A DNA stretch of 64,000 bases from Squalus acanthias. Taxonomy: Eukaryota. The stretch covers positions 15,130,001 to 15,194,000 of the forward strand of contig CM059433.1 of the NCBI GenBank assembly GCA_030390025.1. Direction: 5' to 3'. This document shows positions 51,215 to 61,139 of this stretch, in pieces (the stretch's first letter is position 1; each line of letters starts with the position of its first letter). The notes under the pieces were generated by a model. That model searched no databases and had not been told where the DNA came from. It saw only the letters and a list, made by a program, of their open reading frames with translations. A program made the translations under genes and the position numbers.

Positions 51215-51544
51215 CCTTCCTTGGTTCCTGTGATCAGATAGAATGAGGTAGCCAGCCTCGCAAGAGTCTCTGGCTGCTGTGAAGGGTGAGCGGGTCCCCT
51301 GACCTCGCCTCACGTAAACTTCAATGTTCGCTGAATAAACTTTAACTAAATCTATCTCTAAAGCTCCCATCATTTTACCATTTTTTGTTAAAATTAAACT
51401 ACAAACTTAAACCGATTTTAAAACTATAACCTCATAACCTTATCTAAAACTATAAACTTATTCTTACCCTTAAACTATAAACTTAGAAACTTATAAACCT
51501 AAACTTATTACTGTACAGCGCCGCCCGTTCTCAGGGCGGCCCCT

Positions 51545-54500
51545 TTAAATTCTGAGAAGGCTGCTGCGAGCTCTTCCCGACGGTGGGAGGGCACTGACCC
51601 TTTCCTTTGATCTGCCGCAGCCTGTTGCTGTTGCGATGGGACCGGATCCTATCTGGGCTGCCTTAACCTTAAGTCTGCGCCTTGGGGCAGTCTGGGGACA
51701 TGACCACATCTTCCTGGGCTGGGGTGCCCGACCTGACCTACGAGGAGTTGTCGGGGGCATGAATCCCAGGACCGACGGACCGGGTTCCGAGACTTCCACC
51801 GGGACGACCTGTGGTTCCACCACAGTCGCTGGCTCCGCCTCCGCTGACTCCGCCTCCCTGACCTCGGGACTTGCAGCTTGTGGCCCCGCCCTGCTCGGCC
51901 CAGCAGGCGGCCCTTCGCTCGCGATCCCTGCCTCCCCCGAGGGTGGGACGTTCAAAGCGGTCGGCTCGGGCTCGGAGGTTCTCACCGTCACTCCCTGTGG
52001 TCTCACAGCGGCTGGCTCCGCCTCCCCTAGCTCCTCCCTCCTGTGTTCGGGACCTGCAGCCTCTGTGTCCACCCTGTGCGGATCTCCATCTGCAGCCCGT
52101 GTCCTCCCTATACCTAAAATGGGGGCGACCCTTACGTTCCCCAAATCCCACTCGTCTTCATCACTATCCTCATCTGACTCCCAACCCCACAAAAATGCTT
52201 CATGACTTTCCAGGATGTCTCCTCCCCTGATGCAAGCTGCTTTGCCTGCCTGTGTGCCTTGTGGTCCTACCTGGGGCTGCGCGTCCCCACTCGCGGGGTT
52301 TTCCCCTGTGGTTTTCCCTTGCGCACCTGGCTTGTACAGTTTGCACTGGTTTACATGGAACCACTTAGTGCGCCGAGGTACCTTTACGGCGTATACCATG
52401 CGACTCGCCTTATCTACAATGTTGTAGGGTCCCATATACAGTGGTTCCAGACTCCCTACTCTGGCGTAGTTTCTGACCATGACCTGGTCTCCTACTTCCC
52501 ACTCCCGCGTTTTGCGGGGTTCCAGCAACAGGCGATTGCCCTGATGCTGCCTTCCCATGTTCCCAGCCGCCTGCTCATACACCTGTTTTAGGCGCTCCAA
52601 GAGGGTCTGGGCGAACTTGTCCCTGCTTATCTCTTGGAGCTGACCCTCAGTGAGCACCGGCGCTAGCACATGGGTGGGGGTTCGCATGAGCCTCCCAGTC
52701 ATCACCTCGTGTGGGGAATACCCCGTACCTTTTGACTGACTGGCCCGGACCCCCATGAGGACTAAAGGCAGAACTTCCGCCCATTTTTGGGGCGAGTTCC
52801 TAGTCTCTTTCCTCAATTTCTCCTTCAGGGTCCGGTTCATGCGTTCAACAATCCCGGATGACTGGGGATTGTGTGCTACGTGCCACTTCCCTTCAATGCC
52901 CAAAAGCATGAGGGTGTTCTGCATCACCTGGCCGGTGAAATGACTCCCTTGGTCTGACTCCACAAAACGGGGGAGTCCCCACCGCGAGAACACTTCCCGG
53001 ACCAAGATTTTTGCAGTACCCAGTGCCGTAGCTGTTCGACAGGGGAAGGCTTCCACCCATTTGGAAAACACATCCACCAAGACGAGGCAGTATTTATAGC
53101 CTCCCTGGGTGGTGGGCAGGGGCCCTATATAGTCGATCTGTATCGACTGCCATGGTCCCTCTACCCTTCTTACGTGTCCCATGGGCACTTTCCTTTTCTG
53201 GGGGTCTGGGTTGTTTGCAGCGCACACAAGACAGTTTGCACAGAACTCGCGGACTTGTTCCCTGAGCCCTGGCCACCATCCCGCTTGCTCTACCCGTTGC
53301 CAGGTAACCTCGGGCCCGGGGTGCCCTGCCCCTGGTCCCTCGTGAGCCAACTGGAGGAATTCCCTCCTGTGCTGCTGCGGCACAACCCACTGCTCCTCGC
53401 GGAACAGCATGCCTTCCTTAACTGAGAGGGTTGCCGTACTGTACGGACCCTCTACCTGCTTCCCCTCAGCAATGGTTTTTAGGACTGCTTTTAGGGCGGG
53501 ATCCTGGTTCTGGACGGTCTTAAGGTCTAGGGGCAATGCTACCCTGGGGTTCCCGGGATTCCCGTCCCTGCCTTGGATCGCTGCCATGGGTCTGGTCCCA
53601 TAGGGGTCCCAGAAAATGCCGTTGCGGGCACCTTCCCTGGCTAGCGCATCCGCCTGCTGGTTGCCCTCCCCACGGGGCTCTGTGGAGGAGTGAGCTTTCA
53701 CCTTATGGATGAAAATCTCTCCTTCCTCCCCTACTGCTGCTAGGATCTTTTCCAGCAAGGGCTTCACCGTTAAAGGTCGCCCGTCCGCGGAGGTGTATCC
53801 ACGGCGGGACCAAATGGCCAGGTATTCCGTACACGAATTGCATGTGAACATACTGTCCGAGCAAATCGTGTATGGGGTTGGGAAAATGTCTGGGTGGGTA
53901 ACAACGTACACCACGGCAGACAGCTCAGCCTGCTGCGCGCTCATGGTGCTAGGGAGCTTGATCGCCAGGGCAAGGTTTGCCGCAGGGTCATAAACTCCAC
54001 ACCCTGTGAGTCGTTCGCCAGCAGATACTGTGCTAGACCCATCAACATAAATCTCGCGCCCAGTGGGATGTATCCCGGCCCGCAAACCTATGTTGACGTC
54101 CCACACCCCTTCCACCGAACATCGGTGGGCTGTACCGGGGTATACCAAATTGGCCGCAAGCCTGGGCTCGCAAAGACCTTTTACTCTAAGATCCATCTGG
54201 GAAAGAAGAAGGGTCCAGCGCGCAATACGCACGCTGCTTACGGTCCCATCTTTAATCCTCCCATCTAGAAGCATCTTAGTTGGTGTGTGATGGGTGAGGA
54301 GAGTGATGGGAGAGAGCCCTGTGAAGATCGCTGATCTTTTCACAGCCCAATGCGTGGCTAAAAGGTGCCTTTCGCAATTGGAGAAACTTCTCTCCACATC
54401 CGTTAACACTCTGGACGAATAGACGACCGGCCTCAGCTTGCCGTGACGCTCTTGGAGCAGCACAGCGCTCAAGCTGTCCCCGCTGGCAGCTACCTCCAGG

Positions 54501-56002
54501 AAAAACTCCTTCCCCCCATCTATGGCCCCTAAAGCTGGCGCGGTCTGCAGATCCCTTTTTAACTTCTCGAAGGCTGCTTGGCAGCCCTCGTCCCAAGACC
54601 ACTCCACTCCCTTATGGAGGAGTCGGAGGAGCGGCGCCGCTGTGGCCGCATAGTCTTCGATAAAATCCCTGCAGTAACCGGTCAGTCCCAAGAAGGACCT
54701 CACACCCCTTATGTTGTTGGGAATCGGTAACTCTTGCACCGACTCCCTCCTAGCTTTATTTATGGCTCTTTCCCCAGCGCGAATGGTCAGTCCCAGGAAT
54801 TTTACTTCCTGCTGACCGATACGTGCTTTCTTAGGATTTATTTAAAAACCCTTTCTCGCTAGCAGCTCCAATAACTCGTCCAGCAGTGGTCCATGCTCCT
54901 CCCTTGAATCCGTAAATAGGAGCAAATCATCTACGTACTGCACTATCTGATTGGGCTGACTAAACTCCTTTAAACTTCCTGCCATACACTGATGGAAAAT
55001 ACTGGGGCTATTGTGGAAACCCTGTGGCAGACAGTTCCATGTGTACTGTTGTCCTTTGAAAGTAAAGGCAAACTTGTACTGGTCCTCTCGCCGCAGCGGG
55101 ATGGACCAAAAACCGTTCGAGATATCCAGCACCGTGAACGTGGTCGCGGACGCTGGGATACTCCCTATTAGGTCAGCAACTGCTGCTACCGTGGGCGCGC
55201 AGGCGGGAATGTTACTGTTAAGGACTCTGTAGTCCACCGTGGCCCTCCACGAATTATCCGGCTTCCTAACCGGCCATAATGGGGAGTTCACGTGTGTGGC
55301 TATCGGCCTCAACACGCCCTGCTGCACCAAGGAGGACATTGCTGTCTCCATATCGGGTTCTGCTTCTTTGGGGAAGTTATACTGTTTTTGGGGCCGGGTC
55401 ATGGGGTCCCCATCTACGCTGACCTCAAACCCGGTAACCCTCCCACAATCGTGCTTGTGGGTGGCAAACGCGTGCATGTTATCCGACACGTACGTTTGCA
55501 TGTCCGTTGGGATATCTGCGACCATAAGCCCGAGGTCGTAGCCTCCGGATGGCTGCATGGTACACAGGACCCCTGTTTCTTCCTCCCCCGGAATCACTAC
55601 TACCTCGCCTTTTTCACTCTTAGCCCCCCAGAGACAATGATTTCTAAGGTCCACGAGGATCCCGTGTCCTGATAGGAGATCGGACCCGAGGATACCTCTT
55701 CCACCCCCCTCCTGCCATTCCATCAGTATGCACTTCCACTTGATGTGAAGTGCCCCCAAACGAATGGATAGCGGAAGGGAGAACGCGCCAGCCTGTTCTT
55801 TTCCCGTGAACCCCGCTAATGTGAATGGGACCTTGGTAGATAGCGGCGAGTCAAAAGGGCTATCTGTATGAATCACGGTGCAAGAAGCTCCCGTGTCCAA
55901 CAAATAACTACCCTTCTGTTTCTCTACCACCATCTCCACCAAGGGTCGCTTCCACGCATCATAGCTGAGCGGACACAGGTAGACGGGCTGCGCGGGCTCT
56001 CG
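51545..56002 (-). pseudogene. pol: Pro-Pol: aspartic protease, RT, degenerate RNase H tether, RNase H, integrase with long C-terminal tail; one in-frame stop
   Basis: Protease LLDTGAS (55889-55897); RT LPQGFHNSP and YVDD (54926-54937); tether LEVAAS; RNase H YVDGSS/AEL/SDS/GNQQAD; integrase HHCC, IDYIGP, SDQGSHF, GIVERMN and GPY motifs. A TAA at 54842-54844 lies in GF*INPKKA. Confidence 0.97.
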
Positions 56003-57811
56003 TCATTGGGTATGGTTAGACGGTCCTGCGGCACCTACGGGGCCGGTAGCAACCGCCACCTTTCCATGTGCACTCATGAAGTTGCGCATGGCTCCCAATA
56101 CTGATTCGAGGTCGTTGGAAGGGGTGGGTGCACTAGCTTCCCTAGCAGGGACAGGCGTCTGGGCTCGGGCTGCAGGAATTTTATCCCTGGAATCCTTCCA
56201 AGGGTTCCTGCAGTTCTTGCGCCAGTGCCCTGTCCTCCCACACCCGTAACAAGCATTACTTGCCTGCGGGACGCGATTACCCTCCTGATGCCACTCCCTT
56301 TGATACGGGGCTGCGGGTCGTACCTCATGTACTTTTCCCTTAAGGGGACGTGTTCCCATACCCCTTATATTGCGATATCCTAACGTGAGTCGATTCAAGA
56401 CCGACTCTTCCATAATGGTGGGGTCATTGGGATCAAACCATGCTTTTGCCTGCTCTCTGACGGCTGGTAAACTGTTGGCTACTATGCACCTAAGCCAATG
56501 ATTTAAACCGGCGCCGTCCACATCGTCGCGCTCTAGCGTTCCTAGACAGCTGCGCTGATATACTGGCCACAGCCTGTCGGCAAAAACCTTCGGGGGTTCT
56601 CCCTCCATCTGCACTGTCTGTCCCACTCTAGCAAACGGACCTTCATCGTCCGCCCCCAACACTTCTAGGACCTCATTTTTCAATGCCTGATAAGTCTTGG
56701 TTCCCCTCTTGCTCTCGCCCGAGAGACACTGAAGGATTGAACTGCCTAACGAAAACAACAGCATTTTTGCTGTTTCCCCATCATCGCAGCCGTTGATGGC
56801 TGCGGTTTGTTCAATTTCTCTGAAATGTACGGAAGGGTCGTCAGTCTCGGTCAGCTTCCGGACGTGATTTATCATAACTCTCAGCTGGTGTGAGCTGTGA
56901 GGCAACACAAGCTGGCCGAGGAGATCCCCTGGTTCCTCCCCACCGTTTCTGTTTGGGCCCCTTTTTATACCCGTTACTGGATACAACGGTCCCTTTTCCA
57001 CTTCTTTCTCAATGGGCTCTTTCGTTTCTTCCACCACTTCCTCCCTTACCCAGGTTTCCGAATAGCTGGGTGGCGCGGAGGGCACAGTGGCTAATACTTC
57101 CTCTGCTTTACTTGGTGGGGATTTCTGAAACTCCTCATTTACTAGCGGCTGGTGTGCTGACGGACTGATAAGGCACACCATGCCGTGCGCTTTGTTCACG
57201 GCCTTTTTAAGGTGCTCTATCTCTTTTTGGCAGGCGCTATGATCGGCCCCCTGAAATTTATCCTCAAGGGCCAACTTATATGCCGCCCTAACCCCCGTTA
57301 AGCTCTCTTCCTGAGTTCTTATCTGGGCAGCTTGGCGGGCACATCGTTCCTTTAGTCTGCCCTCACTTAACTTTGCCTCAGTGACCTGGCACTCGAGGTA
57401 ATCTATCCTTGTTTTATGGTGACTGGAGATTTCCTGGCGTTCTTGGTGCAGCGCACTTAAATTCCTAATGAGCAATTCCCCTCCAGAGACCTTCTCATCC
57501 ATTTCTCCCTCTAAATGACTGATTCGAGCTGTTAGCGCTGTAATGACCTGGTTTGAAATCTGGACCTGCCTTTTGTAACACATTAGCCAGACTGCTTTCT
57601 CGATTGTCTTTTTATGTTCCTTACTATCTGTCCACCTTTCGGCTGCCTCTAGTGGACTCTTATCCGCTAACAATTCACTTATCCATTTCTTAGTTAGATT
57701 CACCTTTCCGAACACATAATCTGCTATCTTTTCCTGCATAACATTTTGTACAGTCACACCAAAGTCTAACACACTACCCTCTCGCTGCCAGTGTCCTGCC
57801 GCGGTCGCCAT
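56003..57811 (-). CDS. gag: Gag polyprotein (602 aa from the first ATG)
   Basis: Open 602-aa frame between PBS and protease, with an N-terminal coiled coil, PSAPPSY and the zinc knuckle CYGCGRTGHWRKNC (56210-56251). Confidence 0.93.
   Translation of the reverse strand: MATAAGHWQREGSVLDFGVTVQNVMQEKIADYVFGKVNLTKKWISELLADKSPLEAAERWTDSKEHKKTIEKAVWLMCYKRQVQISNQVITALTARISHLEGEMDEKVSGGELLIRNLSALHQERQEISSHHKTRIDYLECQVTEAKLSEGRLKERCARQAAQIRTQEESLTGVRAAYKLALEDKFQGADHSACQKEIEHLKKAVNKAHGMVCLISPSAHQPLVNEEFQKSPPSKAEEVLATVPSAPPSYSETWVREEVVEETKEPIEKEVEKGPLYPVTGIKRGPNRNGGEEPGDLLGQLVLPHSSHQLRVMINHVRKLTETDDPSVHFREIEQTAAINGCDDGETAKMLLFSLGSSILQCLSGESKRGTKTYQALKNEVLEVLGADDEGPFARVGQTVQMEGEPPKVFADRLWPVYQRSCLGTLERDDVDGAGLNHWLRCIVANSLPAVREQAKAWFDPNDPTIMEESVLNRLTLGYRNIRGMGTRPLKGKVHEVRPAAPYQREWHQEGNRVPQASNACYGCGRTGHWRKNCRNPWKDSRDKIPAARAQTPVPAREASAPTPSNDLESVLGAMRNFMSAHGKVAVATGPVGAAGPSNHTQ
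57793..57810 (-). promoter_or_regulatory. Primer-binding site complementary to tRNA-Arg(UCG)
   Basis: TGGCGACCGCGGCAGGAC, 5 nt inside the 5' LTR boundary; it complements the 3' end ...GTCCTGCCGCGGTCG-CCA that I recall for vertebrate tRNA-Arg(UCG). Confidence 0.85.
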
Positions 57812-57815
57812 TTTC

Positions 57816-59494
57816 TGTAAGGGTTTTGAACCTGTGAGATTCGTGTGGCTCTGTGCTCAGCCTGGATGCTAGTGCGAGTTTAGGCCTTGTTGCCTGTTCT
57901 GGTCTCCAGCCAGTCTGGAAGCACTAGACACCTGTGAGTGGTTCGACCCACTTGCCCTTACGGTTCTAACACTGGACTTAGGTGCGAGAGCAGTAATGCA
58001 GAGAAAAACTCAAATAGACCCGGTTGAATAGTACGAAATGGAAATCTTTATTGCATATTATTCAAGATTACGAAATACATGTCATAAGCACAGATTAATG
58101 ACAGTATAATCTTACACGCAGTTATGTAACTGATTTCAGGGAAACGAGGAACGAACGACACACCGTAAATGGGGGCACACATTACAATTATCCTTAATAC
58201 TTAAACCCTCCCCTAACAATACCTATTCTAAACTAGATTCGTAGGATTCGAGACTCATGCTCACCACTCGTGATAACTCGGAGAAATTCCGAATATCTGA
58301 TTGGATGTTTTCACCGCAGCACCCACGTGTCGATCAGGGGGTCTCCTGGCCCCACTTGTTTACTCGTTTCTGCTCCGGCTAGCAGGCTGGAACGTCTGCT
58401 GTTATGAAGATCTGTGTTTGTGGGTTTCACGTACCAGTCAACACTTAAGAGAATAATCTCCCGGTGTCCGTCATGAAGATCTGTCTTGGTGGGTTTCACA
58501 TTCCAGTCAACACTTAAGAGAATAATCTCCCGGTGTCCGTTCTTTAAAGTTCAAAGAAGTCTTTCTGGCAAGGAAAAATGTCAATTCGACCTACAGGCGC
58601 GGTCGGGGCTTACTGACCGTGGCGATAAGTATGGTCTTCGTCTCTTCTCATCTCATCTCATCTCATCTCTTCTCGGGCATTTGGTTCCGATACCGGTTAC
58701 CAACACAGGTCTTCGTGACACGACACGAGGTAGATCCGAGCGGATCACAAAGTTCAACAGTCTTTTAAAAGGACACGAGGCAAGCAGGAACAAGACGGCG
58801 AGTCAAGAACACAGGAGCAGCCACCAGGATGAACACCAGCAAGATAAGAGAAAGAGTCAAGAGAGAGATGGACGGTTTGAGCTTGTAATTATAGTACAAA
58901 ATCTTCCGTTTCCCGCCCAACCTTAATGTCTTTTCTTTTGTTAGGGTTTGGCGCTCAAATGTCTTGTATAGGTGATCTCCGTTTTTAATGGGTTTCGGGG
59001 CTACTCGTAAATGTCTGAGTACCTGTTAATATTTCTCCCATTGTTTAATCGGTCGGTAGTCTCCCTGGAGGGGTTTTGGGGCCTCCAAGTGTTTTCTGTA
59101 ACTACCCGCTAACGGCTCTCTCATCGTAGAGTCGTTGGGATTTTACATATTAATGTCTTTGGATGGGTTCTTGATTACTGGGTACAATAGCCTTCATTCG
59201 TACCTGGGAGACCGATTTCAGTATCTATGTGTATACTGCAAACCCAAGATGTCTCGTGTATTATCTTCAATGTGCTGAATCTTAATCGATCTTGCACAAA
59301 TGTTTATTGGAACGCCATCTTGTCTGCCTGTCGAGAAGTCTAGAATGTTCCGCCACGAGGTGCGGCGGCCATTTTACAAGCTGCTTGTGTCCACTTTGAA
59401 ACCTGACAGCATTCTGCTGAAATAAAAGCTGTTTGAACGAAACTATGTGTTTTTCTCCTTATTAATAAAATCGCGATATATTGCGAATTCTACA
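57816..59494 (-). repeat. 5' LTR (1679 bp)
   Basis: Direct repeat of 46735-48417, adjacent to the PBS. Confidence 0.98.
58886..58920 (-). promoter_or_regulatory. Candidate LTR core promoter
   Basis: The minus strand reads GGGCGGGAAA-CGGAAG-attttgtac-TATAATTA (GC box/E2F-like, ETS-like and TATA-like), followed about 25 nt later by a pyrimidine-rich initiator-like stretch. Confidence 0.55.
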
Positions 59495-60180
59495 CTCCCC
59501 CCGCCCCCCCACCAGATCCTTCCGATCTCTCCCCCCACCCCCCCACCAGATCCTTCCGATCTCTCCCCCGTCCCCCCACCAGATCCTTCCAATCTCTTCC
59601 CCCACCCCCCCACCAGATCCTTCCGATCTCTCCCTCCCGCCCCCCCACCAGATCCTTCCGATCTCTCCCCCCGCCCCCCCACCAGATCCTTCCGATCTCC
59701 TACCCCCGACCCTTCCGTTATCTCTTCCCGACCCTTCCGATCTCCATCCTGAGTCCCTGACCCTTCCGATCTCCTCCCCCCGACCCTTCCGATCTCCCCC
59801 CTCAGACCCTTCCATTCACACTCCCAGACCCTTCCGGTCTCTCTTCCCGACCTTTCCGATCTCCACCACGAGTCCCCAACCAATCTCCTCCACCTGACCC
59901 TTTCGGTCTCCCCCCCACAGGCCCTTCCATTCATCCCCGGACCCTTCCGTTCTCTCTTCCCAACCCTTCCAGTCTCTCCCAGACCCTTCTGATCTCCCCC
60001 CCTGCCCAGACCCTTCCAATCTCCCCAGATCCTTCCTATCTCCTCCCCCCACCCCACCAGACCCTTCCATTCTCCCCCCCGACCCTTCCGATCTCTCCCA
60101 CCAGACCCTTCCAATCTCCCCCATCGACCCTTCCAATCTCCCCCATCAACCCTTCCGATCGCCCCCACTGACCCTTCCGA
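59495..60180. repeat. C-rich minisatellite, right part (34-bp units decaying to ~20-bp gacccttccgatctccc units)
   Basis: Tandem repeats are directly visible. Confidence 0.9.
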
Positions 60181-61139
60181 GCTCAATCTGGATGGCTGCG
60201 GCCGGGAAACAGAGACAAAAAATGTTAAGCAGGTCCTGCTGTTTAATTCGGCAGGACCTGAGGGAAACTCATTCTTCCAGGTTTCACAAATACAAAACTG
60301 CACTTCTCCACTCCCCCCCCGCCCCCGCTCCCTCCCTGCCTCCCCGTTAATATTGAGGCTATTGAAAATGTTTGTAATTCGTGGAGTCGGGAGGGTGCAG
60401 GAGTGCTCCTCCTGGATCAACAAAATGACAGCAGGCCACTACTGGCCAGGGCTCGCCCACCCCACCCCACCCCTCCCCACCTCCTCCTCATCCTCAAGGG
60501 ATATGGAGATCGGGCAGGAAAGTGGAGTTGAGGTCGATGATCAGCCATGATCTTATTGAATGGCGGAGCAGGCTCAAGGGGTCGTATGGCCTACTCCTGC
60601 TCTTATTTCTTGTGTTCTTATGTCCCATCCTACCTCACAGGACCTACCTGAGAGCACCTGACGGAGTCACAGACGGCCCAAATTGCTGCCTCTGGATGCC
60701 CACCTGTTTAGGGCACGAGTCCAAATTCTAGCCCTTTGTGTTTATCTGTTCCTGATCAGATACTTGTCTGGCTCTTTTCCAAAGCCGTTAATTAACACAG
60801 CGTAAACAACTTTAGCTGGAAGTCTACTCGACATATCCACTACTCTCTGTAGAGGGAAAAAAATATTATTTTGATTTAATCTTGCTTCAGGCAGCTCAAG
60901 GTTGCATTCACACCCTCGGTTCCTTTGCTGACAATTCAAGTTAAATCTACATTATCCATTCCTCACTGCATTTTAACAGCCTCCATCATTTCTCCTCTTA
61001 ACCTTCTTTTATCAAATGAAATAGTTGAATTCTATGCATCTCTCTTAAAACCTCAGATCTCAACGACTTGGAATAGCCCTTGTCGTTCTTCTCTGAACTC
61101 TTTCCACTGCACCAGAGCTTTTTGAAGTTGGGGTACCCT

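Larger units (their letters stand above)
46735..59494 (-). mobile_element. Full-length endogenous retrovirus, lokiretrovirus-like (LTR-gag-pro/pol-env-LTR)
   Basis: Two near-identical LTRs with TGTA...TACA ends, a 4-bp TSD CTCC (46731-46734 and 59495-59498), PBS, PPT, and gag, pol and env frames. The lineage assignment is an inference from architecture. Confidence 0.97.
45722..60735. mobile_element. Nested non-autonomous Harbinger-type elements that host the minisatellite and provirus
   Basis: Outer ends gggggagaaattgg / ccaaattctagccc; inner ends ggggaattttaac (about 46024) / gttaatattgaggc (about 60359). Boundaries are approximate. Confidence 0.45.

Noticed and set aside
51215..51373. First 53 codons of the 223-aa ORF as part of Env
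   Set aside because: The signal peptide begins at the ATG at 51214, directly after a splice acceptor, so the upstream codons are probably untranslated.
51636..52205. 189-aa antisense ORF opposite the integrase tail
   Set aside because: Open antisense frames are expected in GC-rich low-complexity coding sequence, and there is no independent support.
54836..54851. GGGTTTTTAAA as a programmed frameshift site in pol
   Set aside because: Pol continues in the same frame after the TAA, inside a conserved RT motif, so a nonsense substitution is the simpler explanation.
58486..58926. Antisense ORF in the LTR as a possible accessory gene
   Set aside because: It starts at a non-ATG codon, has no recognisable motif and is frameshifted between the two LTRs (146 versus 115 aa).
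46735..59494. Assignment as a foamy virus or as a plain Ty3/gypsy element
   Set aside because: A CCHC knuckle, in-frame gag-pol, Arg PBS and no accessory ORFs after env argue against a foamy virus. The second RNase H, late domain and Env argue against an ordinary gypsy element. Phylogeny is still needed.
59443..60423. 326-aa and overlapping ORFs (also 46277-46749)
   Set aside because: These are translations of the C-rich minisatellite.
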